64,000 bases of DNA from Eledone cirrhosa (Eukaryota). The position numbers and the translations under genes are program-made. Shown piece by piece: positions 38,303 through 50,200 of the stretch (positions are counted from its first letter, which is position 1; each line of letters starts with the position of its first letter). The stretch spans positions 13,454,001-13,518,000 of the forward strand of contig OZ024753.1 of NCBI GenBank assembly GCA_964016885.1, read 5' to 3'. The notes under the pieces were generated by a model that was given only the letters and a program-made list of their open reading frames with translations, was not told the DNA's origin and searched no databases.

Positions 38303-38824
38303 GAACGTAAAGACTTTTATTTATTCGACAAATTTCAATTCGGTTATATAATGTTTGCAATAACAAAAAGAAAAAGAAAGGGGAAAAAAATTAAATAATG
38401 AAAGTAAGGAAAAGTTTTAGGGGAAGGGAAGGGAAGGGAGAAAGGCAATGTTTAAATAAAAGAAGAGAGGAAAAAAAACTGTGTGGAAGCTTAAGAAGGA
38501 ATACCAAACAGTACTAGAACACATAGGTAGTTCCTGAGTATGAAGAAACCTTGATAGGGTTCGATAACCTCAATATAATAAAATAAATATGGTTTTATAA
38601 AGATATTTTCCATTTATTAATATTATTGATATAATACATATATATATATATAATATATATAACTTTGATAACTTTTATAGATTTCGGCAAGTATTGGCCC
38701 AGGCCATGTCTAACTTAATAACACCACCTGGTGAAGTCTTTCAAATCAGGATTTGGGCACCATGGCCCACTTAAGTAGAGAGTTATTGTTTACGGATATA
38801 TATATATAATATATATATATATAT

Positions 38825-39490
38825 GTCATCATCATCATCATCATCATCATCATCGTTTAACGTCCGTGTTCCATGCTTGCATGGGTTTGGACGGAGGGTT
38901 TTCCCACTTGAGGCAAGAGTGGTTATCTTGCTCGCATAGGACTATCTGGCGGGTTTTCTACAGCTGGATGCCCTTCCTAACACCAACCACATTTACAGTG
39001 TGGGTCTGGGAGGTTTTTACCGTGTTGCCTACACGGCCACATTACAGCGTGAACTGTGTGTTTTTTTGACATGACACCTACACGATCTCATTTGTTTCGG
39101 CCTAGATGTTGTGGCACCAACATAACTTTACATTGAAAGAGGCGGTGTGGATGGGGTGGGGGTGGTGGGACGGGGGTGTATTTTGTTAGAGATGCCTACT
39201 GACTGTAGTAGGTTTTACTTTGTATTTAGGTAAGGCGGGTCTTCTCTATTACTGAGTACCGCCAAAGGTCTCGGTCCAGTGACATTGTCTTGGTGAGGTG
39301 TAAGTGTGTGAGGTCGGAATTTATCAGCTCGTCCCAGGTTTTTCTGGGTCTGCCTATTTCGTGGCTACCGTCTATCTTTATTGCCCTGCACTTTGTTATA
39401 CAGCTATCGTCCTTCATGCGCATCACGTGACCATACCAACGTAGCCTTCTCTCGAGTAAACAACATCTGATCCCTCTTATTTCTAATTTT
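38825..39490 (-). mobile_element. RTE-A 3' fragment
   Basis: KLEIRGIRCCLLERRLRWYGHVMRM...EKTRLT, 3'UTR and (CAT)n tail. Confidence 0.9.
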
Positions 39491-39506
39491 TGTATATTAT
39501 TTCTAA

Positions 39507-39581
<75 letters not shown>

Positions 39582-39612
39582 CAATAATCAAAGTTCAGTT
39601 TAAGTCATTTAT

Positions 39613-39661
39613 TTGCTTACAATTGTTTCCTCCAAACCGAGGTTTGGATTCTTCGGAGCAA
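39613..39661 (-). ncRNA. Hammerhead ribozyme, CCGAAGA variant
   Basis: UUGCU-CCGAAGA-AUCCAAACC-UC-GGUUUGGAG-GAAA-C-AAUU-G-UA-AGCAA; perfect stem I and a hairpin stem II. Confidence 0.7.
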
Positions 39662-40542
39662 CTATTTACTGATCTATAACATACTTGACCTCCTTTTCAA
39701 CCCAAGAGACACATAAAACATATGCGCATATTGATCAACAGTGGGGTGACATTCATCAAATGATATAGCATGGCAATATACATGTAAATGTTACAGGATA
39801 AAAATAAAAATAAAAATAAAAGCAAGAATGAAAATAAAGATAAACATGAAGCGTTGGCAGTCTATGAAGATAAAGCAAGAGGAAAGCTTAGAGTAGTCAG
39901 TGTATGAAACAATCTCACGTGTAGCATGCACGCGTGTCTTATTTATACATGATTAGAGTGCGTCAGAATGATATTTGCAGGGTCAGGCAGTTGAAGCAGG
40001 CAATCGATCTTATTATGTGGGCTGAATTATTAAGTCATTTATTCTCATACATCTGTATGATATACAGTCTCGGATGCAGGGAAACACCAAAATATCACAA
40101 ACTTTCAACATACTATAAACCTTATTGTATCGTAGGCAAAGCCGTACCGCTGTCTTCGCTCACATAATCCATGAGACGCAATATATAGAACACGTGTCTA
40201 TCGTATGATTCACGATGGTTCAGCATACAATCAAGTTATAAACCGTATCCAGTCGGTTCTTAATTAATAGATCATGCTGTCCAGATTCCGGAAGTATATA
40301 TATATATATATATATATACAATGGTACCTTGACTTATGAGTTTAAGTAATACACATGTAAAGTTTGAAAAAAATTGGTTGGGTACTTCTCGAGTTTTAGG
40401 GATTCAAACTCACAGACAGACACACACACACACACACAGACAGACATCCTCTGTTTTATATATATATAGATAATGTACAGCATATATCTTGGATATCAGA
40501 CGACTTGAGGATGTTGACGAAGGAGAAAGGCTTAACTGAATC

Positions 40543-41210
40543 TTATTCGCTGATTTTTGCCCTTCTTGCCACACTTTCCTCACTTTTATCTGCAGGAGTT
40601 TTCGATAAAAACCTGTCCAATGAGGTTTGTTTTATCCTCCGCTTCAGAATGGTTCTGAAATGAGTTAGGCAAGTGAGATTAAATAGCGCCGTTGCACACC
40701 CAGTTGCAACTTTTCTGGGTGTTTCTTTTGAATAAAGTGTGAAAGTTTCTCCCACATTCCCAATACTACCTTTATCTCACTATAGAGATAACCTCGTCTA
40801 CGTCACCTATTTCCTGCAAAACCTCCGTGTGCTGCTGCGTCTGTAGTTCCTTTAGCTCCTCCGTTGTCAGTTCCTCGTAGTGCTCTATGATGAGCTCGTT
40901 GATGTCACCTTCATCCATGTCCGGGCCCATGGACTTGCCGAGGGATACAATCCCTTCCACCACTGCCGCTTCCGGTTCGAGTCTTTAAAGGTCCATTTCA
41001 GACACAACCTCAGGCCACTGCTTCTTCCACGCAGAGGTCAAGGTCCTCTTCGTAACACCCTGCCAGGTAATATCGCTAATTCTGAGGCTTATCACTATGT
41101 TATAGTGGTCCTTCCAGAACTCTCGAAGGGTGAGGTTTGTGTTCTCGGCGGAACAAGTGCTTGGTGAAAAGCTTCTTGAAATTAGAAATCACCTACTGAT
41201 ACATGGGATA
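40543..41210 (-). pseudogene. pogo/Tigger transposase pseudogene, C-terminal part
   Basis: Minus strand reads PM(Y)Q*VISNFKKLFTKHLFR...NLTLREFWKDHYNI...AWKK, DEGDINELI...ELTTEEL, HFRTILKRRIKQTSLDRFL, matching TIGD1-like DDE_1 C-termini; stops and frameshifts. Confidence 0.9.
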
Positions 41211-41221
41211 TGGGGGGGGGG

Positions 41222-44200
41222 GGTGTTGGCTGGAAGGTAGAGTGGGCTGTAGGATAGGGGAGGTGTTAGGTGGAAGGTAGAGTGGGCTGTAGGATAGGGG
41301 AGGTGTTGGGTGGAAGGTAGAGTGGGCTGTAGGATAGGGGAGGTGTTGGGTGGATGGTAGAGCAGGCTGTAGGATAGGGGAGGTGTTGGGTGGAAGGTAG
41401 AGTGGGCTGTAGGATAGGGGAGGTGTTGGGTGGATGGTAGAGCAGGCTGTAGGATAGGGGAGGTGTTGGGTGGAAGGTAGAGTGGGCTGTAGGATAGGGG
41501 AGGTGTTGGGTGGAAGGTAGAGAGGGCTGTAGGATAGGGGAGGTGTTGGGTGGAAGGTAGAGAGGGCTGTAGGATAGGGGAGGTGTTGGGTGGATGGTAG
41601 AGCAGGCTGTAGGATAGGGGAGGTGTTGGGTGGAAGGTAGAGTGGGCTGTAGGATAGGGGAGGTGTTGGGTGGATGGTAGAGCAGGCTGTAGGATAGGGG
41701 AGGTGTTGGGTGGAAGGTAGAGCAGGCTGTAGGATAGGGGAGGTGTTGGGTGGAAGGTAGAGTGGGCTGTAGGATAGGGGAGGTGTTGGGTGGAAGGTAG
41801 AGTGGGCTGTAGGATAGGGGAGGTGTTAGGTGGAAGGTAGAGAGGGCTGTAGGATAGGGGAGGTGTTGGGTGGAAGGTAGAGTGGGCTGTAGGATAGGGG
41901 AGGTGTTGGGTGGAAGGTAGAGAGGGCTGTAGGATAGGGGAGGTGTTGGGTGGAAGGTAGAGTGGGCTGTAGGATAGGGGAGGTGTTGGGTGGAAGGTAG
42001 AGAGGGCTGTAGGATAGGGGAGGTGTTGGGTGGAAGGTAGAGAGGGCTGTAGGATAGGGGAGGAGTTGGGTGGATGGTAGAGCAGGCTGTAGGATAGGGG
42101 AGGTGTTGGGTGGAAGGTAGAGTGGTCTGTAGGATAGGGGAGGTGTTGGGTGGATGGTAGAGTGGGCTGTAGGATAGGAGAGGTGTTGGGTGGAAGGTAG
42201 AGTGGTCTGTAGGATAGGAGAGGTGTTGGGTGGAAGGTAGAGTGGGCTGTAGGATAGGGGAGGTGTTGGGTGGAAGGTAGAGAGGGCTGTAGGATAGGGG
42301 AGGTGTTGGGTGGAAGGTAGAGTGGGCTGTAGGATAGGGGAGGTGTTGGGTGGATGGTAGAGCAGGCTGTAGGATAGGGGAGGTGTTGGGTGGAAGGTAG
42401 AGTGGGCTGTAGGATAGGGGAGGTGTTGGGTGGATGGTAGAGCAGGCTGTAGGATAGGGGAGGTGTTGGGTGGAAGGTAGAGTGGGCTGTAGGATAGGGG
42501 AGGTGTTGGGTGGATGGTAGAGCAGGCTGTAGGATAGGGGAGGTGTTGGGTGGAAGGTAGAGTGGTCTGTAGGATAGGGGAGGTGTTGGGTGGAAGGTAG
42601 AGTGGTCTGTAGGATAGGGGGGGTGTTGGGTGGAAGGTAGAGTGGGCTGTAGGATAGGGGAGGTGTTGGGTGGATGGTAGAGCAGGCTGTAGGATAGGGG
42701 AGGTGTTGGGTGGAAGGTAGAGAGGGCTGTAGGATAGGGGAGGTGTTGGGTGGAAGGTAGAGTGGGCTGTAGGATAGGGGAGGTGTTGGGTGGAAGGTAG
42801 AGTGGGCTGTAGGATAGGGGAGGTGTTGGGTGGAAGGTAGAGTGGGCTGTAGGATAGGGAAGGTGTTGGGTGGAAGGTAGAGCAGGCTGTAGGATAGGGG
42901 AGGTGTTGGGTGGAAGGTAGAGCAGGCTGTAGGATAGGGGAGGTGTTGGGTGGAAGGTAGAGCAGGCTGTAGGATAGGGAAGGTGTTGGGTGGAAGGTAG
43001 AGCAGGCTGTAGGATAGGGGAGGTGTTGGGTGGAAGGTAGAGTGGGCTGTAGGATAGGGGAGGTGTTGGGTGGAAGGTAGAGCAGGCTGTAGGATAGGGG
43101 AGGTGTTGGGTGGAAGGTAGAGTGGGCTGTAGGATAGGGGAGGTGTTGGGTGGAAGGTAGAGCAGGCTGTAGGATAGGGGAGGTGTTGGGTGGAAGGTAG
43201 AGCAGGCTGTAGGATAGGGAAGGTGTTGGGTGGAAGGTAGAGCAGGCTGTAGGATAGGGAAGGTGTTGGGTGGAAGGTAGAGCAGGCTGTAGGATAGGGG
43301 AGGTGTTGGGTGGAAGGTAGAGTGGGCTGTAGGATAGGGGAGGTGTTGGGTGGAAGGTAGAGCAGGCTGTAGGATAGGGGAGGTGTTGGGTGGAAGGTAG
43401 AGCAGGCTGTAGGATAGGGGAGGTGTTGGGTGGAAGGTAGAGTGGGCTGTAGGATAGGGGAGGTGTTGGGTGGAAGGTAGAGAGGGCTGTAGGATAGGGA
43501 AGGTGTTGGGTGGAAGGTAGAGCAGGCTGTAGGATAGGGAAGGTGTTGGGTGGAAGGTAGAGCAGGCTGTAGGATAGGGAAGGTGTTGGGTGGAAGGTAG
43601 AGTGGGCTGTAGGATAGGGGAGGTGTTGGGTGGAAGGTAGAGTGGGCTGTAGGATAGGGAAGGTGTTGGGTGGAAGGTAGAGCAGGCTGTAGGATAGGGA
43701 AGGTGTTGGGTGGAAGGTAGAGCAGGCTGTAGGATAGGGAAGGTGTTGGGTGGAAGGTAGAGTGGGCTGTAGGATAGGGGCGGTGTTGGGTGGAAGGTAG
43801 AGTGGGCTGTAGGATAGGGGAGGTGTTGGGTGGAAGGTAGAGCAGGCTGTAGGATAGGGAAGGTGTTGGGTGGAAGGTAGAGCAGGCTGTAGGATAGGGA
43901 AGGTGTTGGGTGGAAGGTAGAGCAGGCTGTAGGATAGGGAAGGTGTTGGGTGGAAGGTAGAGCAGGCTGTAGGATAGGGAAGGTGTTGGGTGGAAGGTAG
44001 AGTGGGCTGTAGGATAGGGAAGGTGTTGGGTGGAAGGTAGAGCAGGCTGTAGGATAGGGAAGGTGTTGGGTGGAAGGTAGAGCAGGCTGTAGGATAGGGA
44101 AGGTGTTGGGTGGAAGGTAGAGTGGGCTGTAGGATAGGGGAGGTGTTGGGTGGAAGGTAGAGTGGGCTGTAGGATAGGGGAGGTGTTGGGTGGAAGGTAG

Positions 44201-47200
44201 AGTGGGCTGTAGGATAGGGGAGGTGTTGGGTGGAAGGTAGAGTGGGCTGTAGGATAGGGGAGGTGTTGGGTGGAAGGTAGAGTGGGCTGTAGGATAGGGG
44301 AGGTGTTGGGTGGAAGGTAGAGTGGGCTGTAGGATAGGGGAGGTGTTGGGTGGAAGGTAGAGTGGGCTGTAGGATAGGGGAGGTGTTGGGTGGAAGGTAG
44401 AGTGGGCTGTAGGATAGGGGCGGTGTTGGGTGGAAGGTAGAGTGGGCTGTAGGATAGGGGAGGTGTTGGGTGGAAGGTAGAGTGGGCTGTAGGATAGGGG
44501 AGGTGTTGGGTGGAAGGTAGAGTGGGCTGTAGGATAGGGGCGGTGTTGGGTGGAAGGTAGAGTGGGCTGTAGGATAGGGGAGGTGTTGGGTGGAAGGTAG
44601 AGCAGGCTGTAGGATAGGGAAGGTGTTGGGTGGAAGGTAGAGCAGGCTGTAGGATAGGGAAGGTGTTGGGTGGAAGGTAGAGTGGGCTGTAGGATAGGGA
44701 AGGTGTTGGGTGGAAGGTAGAGCAGGCTGTAGGATAGGGAAGGTGTTGGGTGGAAGGTAGAGCAGGCTGTAGGATAGGGAAGGTGTTGGGTGGAAGGTAG
44801 AGTGGGCTGTAGGATAGGGGAGGTGTTGGGTGGAAGGTAGAGTGGGCTGTAGGATAGGGGAGGTGTTGGGTGGAAGGTAGAGTGGGCTGTAGGATAGGGG
44901 AGGTGTTGGGTGGAAGGTAGAGCAGGCTGTAGGATAGGGGAGGTGTTGGGTGGAAGGTAGAGTGGGCTGTAGGATAGGGGAGGTGTTGGGTGGAAGGTAG
45001 AGCAGGCTGTAGGATAGGGAAGGTGTTGGGTGGAAGGTAGAGTGGGCTGTAGGATAGGGGAGGTGTTGGGTGGAAGGTAGAGCAGGCTGTAGGATAGGGG
45101 AGGTGTTGGGTGGAAGGTAGAGCAGGCTGTAGGATAGGGGAGGTGTTGGGTGGAAGGTAGAGCAGGCTGTAGGATAGGGGAGGTGTTGGGTGGAAGGTAG
45201 AGTGGGCTGTAGGATAGGGGAGGTGTTGGGTGGAAGGTAGAGTGGGCTGTAGGATAGGGGAGGTGTTGGGTGGATGGTAGAGTGGGCTGTAGGATAGGGG
45301 AGGTGTTGGGTGGATGGTAGAGCAGGCTGTAGGATAGGGGAGGTGTTGGGTGGAAGGTAGAGTGGGCTGTAGGATAGGGGAGGTGTTGGGTGGAAGGTAG
45401 AGTGGGCTGTAGGATAGGGGAGGTGTTGGGTGGAAGGTAGAGCAGGCTGTAGGATAGGGGAGGTGTTGGGTGGAAGGTAGAGCAGGCTGTAGGATAGGGG
45501 AGGTGTTGGGTGGAAGGTAGAGTGGGCTGTAGGATAGGGGAGGTGTTGGGTGGATGGTAGAGTGGGCTGTAGGATAGGGGAGGTGTTGGGTGGATGGTAG
45601 AGCAGGCTGTAGGATAGGGGAGGTGTTGGGTGGAAGGTAGAGTGGGCTGTAGGATAGGGGAGGTGTTGGGTGGAAGGTAGAGTGGTCTGTAGGATAGGGG
45701 AGGTGTTGGGTGGAAGGTAGAGTGGTCTGTAGGATAGGGGGGGTGTTGGGTGGAAGGTAGAGTGGGCTGTAGGATAGGGGAGGTGTTGGGTGGATGGTAG
45801 AGCAGGCTGTAGGATAGGGGAGGTGTTGGGTGGAAGGTAGAGAGGGCTGTAGGATAGGGGAGGTGTTGGGTGGAAGGTAGAGTGGGCTGTAGGATAGGGG
45901 AGGTGTTGGGTGGAAGGTAGAGTGGGCTGTAGGATAGGGGAGGTGTTGGGTGGAAGGTAGAGTGGGCTGTAGGATAGGGGAGGTGTTGGGTGGAAGGTAG
46001 AGTGGGCTGTAGGATAGGGGAGGTGTTGGGTGGAAGGTAGAGTGGGCTGTAGGATAGGGGAGGTGTTGGGTGGAAGGTAGAGCAGGCTGTAGGATAGGGG
46101 AGGTGTTGGGTGGAAGGTAGAGCAGGCTGTAGGATAGGGGAGGTGTTGGGTGGAAGGTAGAGTGGGCTGTAGGATAGGGGAGGTGTTGGGTGGAAGATAG
46201 AGTGGGCTGTAGGATAGGGGAGGTGTTGGGTGGAAGGTAGCGCAGGCTGTAGGATAGGGGAGGTGTTGGGTGGAAGGTAGAGTGGGCTGTAGGATAGGGG
46301 AGGTGTTGGGTGGAAGGTAGAGTGGGCTGTAGGATAGGGGAGGTGTTGGGTGGAAGGTAGAGTGGGCTGTAGGATAGGGGAGGTGTTGGGTGGAAGGTAG
46401 AGCAGGCTGTAGGATAGGGGAGGTGTTGGGTGGAAGGTAGAGCAGGCTGTAGGATAGGGGAGGTGTTGGGTGGAAGGTAGAGCAGGCTGTGGGATAGGGG
46501 AGGTGTTGGGTGGATGGTAGAGCAGGCTGTAGGATAGGGGAGGTGTTGGGTGGAAGGTAGAGTGGGCTGTAGGATAGGGGAGGTGTTGGGTGGAAGGTAG
46601 AGCAGGCTGTAGGATAGGGGAGGTGTTGGGTGGAAGGTAGAGTGGGCTGTAGGATAGGGGAGGTGTTGGGTGGAAGGTAGAGTGGGCTGTAGGATAGGGG
46701 AGGTGTTGGGTGGAAGGTAGAGTGGGCTGTAGGATAGGGGAGGTGTTGGGTGGAAGGTAGAGTGGGCTGTAGGATAGGGGAGGTGTTGGGTGGAAGGTAG
46801 AGTGGGCTGTAGGATAGGGGAGGTGTTGGGTGGAAGGTAGAGTGGGCTGTAGGATAGGGGAGGTGTTGGGTGGAAGGTAGAGCAGGCTGTAGGATAGGGG
46901 AGGTGTTGGGTGGAAGGTAGAGTGGGCTGTAGGATAGGGGAGGTGTTGGGTGGAAGGTAGAGCAGGCTGTAGGATAGGGGAGGTGTTGGGTGGAAGGTAG
47001 AGTGGGCTGTAGGATAGGGGAGGTGTTGGGTGGAAGGTAGAGCAGGCTGTAGGATAGGGGAGGTGTTGGGTGGAAGGTAGAGTGGGCTGTAGGATAGGGG
47101 AGGTGTTGGGTGGAAGGTAGAGTGGGCTGTAGGATAGGGGAGGTGTTGGGTGGAAGGTAGAGTGGGCTGTAGGATAGGGGAGGTGTTGGGTGGAAGGTAG

Positions 47201-50200
47201 AGTGGGCTGTAGGATAGGGGAGGTGTTGGGTGGAAGGTAGAGTGGGCTGTAGGATAGGGGAGGTGTTGGGTGGATGGTAGAGCAGGCTGTAGGATAGGGG
47301 AGGTGTTGGGTGGAAGGTAGAGCAGGCTGTAGGATAGGGGAGGTGTTGGGTGGAAGGTAGAGTGGGCTGTAGGATAGGGGAGGTGTTGGGTGGATGGTAG
47401 AGCAGGCTGTAGGATAGGGGAGGTGTTGGGTGGAAGGTAGAGCAGGCTGTAGGATAGGGGAGGTGTTGGGTGGAAGGTAGAGTGGGCTGTAGGATAGGGG
47501 AGGTGTTGGGTGGATGGTAGAGCAGGCTGTAGGATAGGGGAGGTGTTGGGTGGAAGGTAGAGTGGGCTGTAGGATAGGGGAGGTGTTGGGTGGAAGGTAG
47601 AGTGGGCTGTAGGATAGGGGAGGTGTTGGGTGGAAGGTAGAGTGGGCTGTAGGATAGGGGAGGTGTTGGGTGGAAGGTAGAGCAGGCTGTAGGATAGGGG
47701 AGGTGTTGGGTGGAAGGTAGAGTGGGCTGTAGGATAGGGGAGGTGTTGGGTGGATGGTAGAGCAGGCTGTAGGATAGGGGAGGTGTTGGGTGGAAGGTAG
47801 AGCAGGCTGTAGGATAGGGGAGGTGTTGGGTGGAAGGTAGAGTGGGCTGTAGGATAGGGGAGGTGTTGGGTGGAAGGTAGAGTGGGCTGTAGGATAGGGG
47901 AGGTGTTGGGTGGAAGGTAGAGTGGGCTGTAGGATAGGGGAGGTGTTGGGTGGAAGGTAGAGCAGGCTGTAGGATAGGGGAGGTGTTGGGTGGAAGGTAG
48001 AGTGGGCTGTAGGATAGGGGAGGTGTTGGGTGGAAGGTAGAGTGGGCTGTAGGATAGGGGAGGTGTTGGGTGGAAGGTAGAGTGGGCTGTAGGATAGGGG
48101 AGGTGTTGGGTGGAAGGTAGAGCAGGCTGTAGGATAGGGGAGGTGTTGGGTGGAAGGTAGAGCAGGCTGTAGGATAGGGGAGGTGTTGGGTGGAAGGTAG
48201 AGTGGGCTGTAGGATAGGGGAGGTGTTGGGTGGAAGGTAGAGTGGGCTGTAGGATAGGGGAGGTGTTGGGTGGAAGGTAGAGCAGGCTGTAGGATAGGGG
48301 AGGTGTTGGGTGGAAGGTAGAGTGGGCTGTAGGATAGGGGAGGTGTTGGGTGGATGGTAGAGCAGGCTGTAGGATAGGGGAGGTGTTGGGTGGAAGGTAG
48401 AGCAGGCTGTAGGATAGGGGAGGTGTTGGGTGGAAGGTAGAGTGGGCTGTAGGATAGGGGAGGTGTTGGGTGGAAGGTAGAGTGGGCTGTAGGATAGGGG
48501 AGGTGTTGGGTGGAAGGTAGAGTGGGCTGTAGGATAGGGGAGGTGTTGGGTGGAAGGTAGAGCAGGCTGTAGGATAGGGGAGGTGTTGGGTGGAAGGTAG
48601 AGCAGGCTGTAGGATAGGGGAGGTGTTGGGTGGAAGGTAGAGTGGGCTGTAGGATAGGGGAGGTGTTGGGTGGAAGGTAGAGTGGGCTGTAGGATAGGGG
48701 AGGTGTTGGGTGGAAGGTAGAGCAGGCTGTAGGATAGGGGAGGTGTTGGGTGGAAGGTAGAGTGGGCTGTAGGATAGGGGAGGTGTTGGGTGGATGGTAG
48801 AGCAGGCTGTAGGATAGGGGAGGTGTTGGGTGGAAGGTAGAGCAGGCTGTAGGATAGGGGAGGTGTTGGGTGGAAGGTAGAGTGGGCTGTAGGATAGGGG
48901 AGGTGTTGGGTGGAAGGTAGAGTGGGCTGTAGGATAGGGGAGGTGTTGGGTGGAAGGTAGAGTGGGCTGTAGGATAGGGGAGGTGTTGGGTGGAAGGTAG
49001 AGCAGGCTGTAGGATAGGGGAGGTGTTGGGTGGAAGGTAGAGTGGGCTGTAGGATAGGGGAGGTGTTGGGTGGAAGGTAGAGTGGGCTGTAGGATAGGGG
49101 AGGTGTTGGGTGGAAGGTAGAGTGGGCTGTAGGATAGGGGAGGTGTTGGGTGGAAGGTAGAGTGGGCTGTAGGATAGGGGAGGTGTTGGGTGGAAGGTAG
49201 AGTGGGCTGTAGGATAGGGGAGGTGTTGGGTGGAAGGTAGAGTGGGCTGTAGGATAGGGGAGGTGTTGGGTGGAAGGTAGAGAGGGCTGTAGGATAGGGG
49301 AGGTGTTGGGTGGAAGGTAGAGTGGGCTGTAGGATAGGGGAGGTGTTGGGTGGAAGGTAGAGTGGTCTGTAGGATAGGGGAGGTGTTGGGTGGATGGTAG
49401 AGCAGGCTGTAGGATAGGGGAGGTGTTGGGTGGATGGTAGAGCAGGCTGTAGGATAGGGGAGGTGTTGGGTGGAAGGTAGAGTGGGCTGTAGGATAGGGG
49501 AGGTGTTGGGTGGATGGTAGAGTGGGCTGTAGGATAGGGGAGGTGTTGGGTGGAAGGTAGAGTGGGCTGTAGGATAGGGGAGGTGTTGGGTGGATGGTAG
49601 AGTGGGCTGTAGGATAGGGGAGGTGTTGGGTGGATGGTAGAGTGGGCTGTAGGATAGGGGAGGTGTTGGGTGGAAGGTAGAGTGGGCTGTAGGATAGGGG
49701 AGGTGTTGGGTGGAAGGTAGAGTGGGCTGTAGGATAGGGGAGGTGTTGGGTGGAAGGTAGAGTGGGCTGTAGGATAGGGGAGGTGTTGGGTGGAAGGTAG
49801 AGTGGGCTGTAGGATAGGGGAGGTGTTGGGTGGAAGGTAGAGTGGGCTGTAGGATAGGGGAGGTGTTGGGTGGAAGGTAGAGTGGGCTGTAGGATAGGGG
49901 AGGTGTTGGGTGGAAGGTAGAGTGGGCTGTAGGATAGGGGAGGTGTTGGGTGGAAGGTAGAGTGGGCTGTAGGATAGGGGAGGTGTTGGGTGGAAGGTAG
50001 AGTGGGCTGTAGGATAGGGGAGGTGTTGGGTGGAAGGTAGAGTGGGCTGTAGGATAGGGGAGGTGTTGGGTGGAAGGTAGAGTGGGCTGTAGGATAGGGG
50101 AGGTGTTGGGTGGAAGGTAGAGTGGGCTGTAGGATAGGGGAGGTGTTGGGTGGAAGGTAGAGTGGGCTGTAGGATAGGGGAGGTGTTGGGTGGAAGGTAG

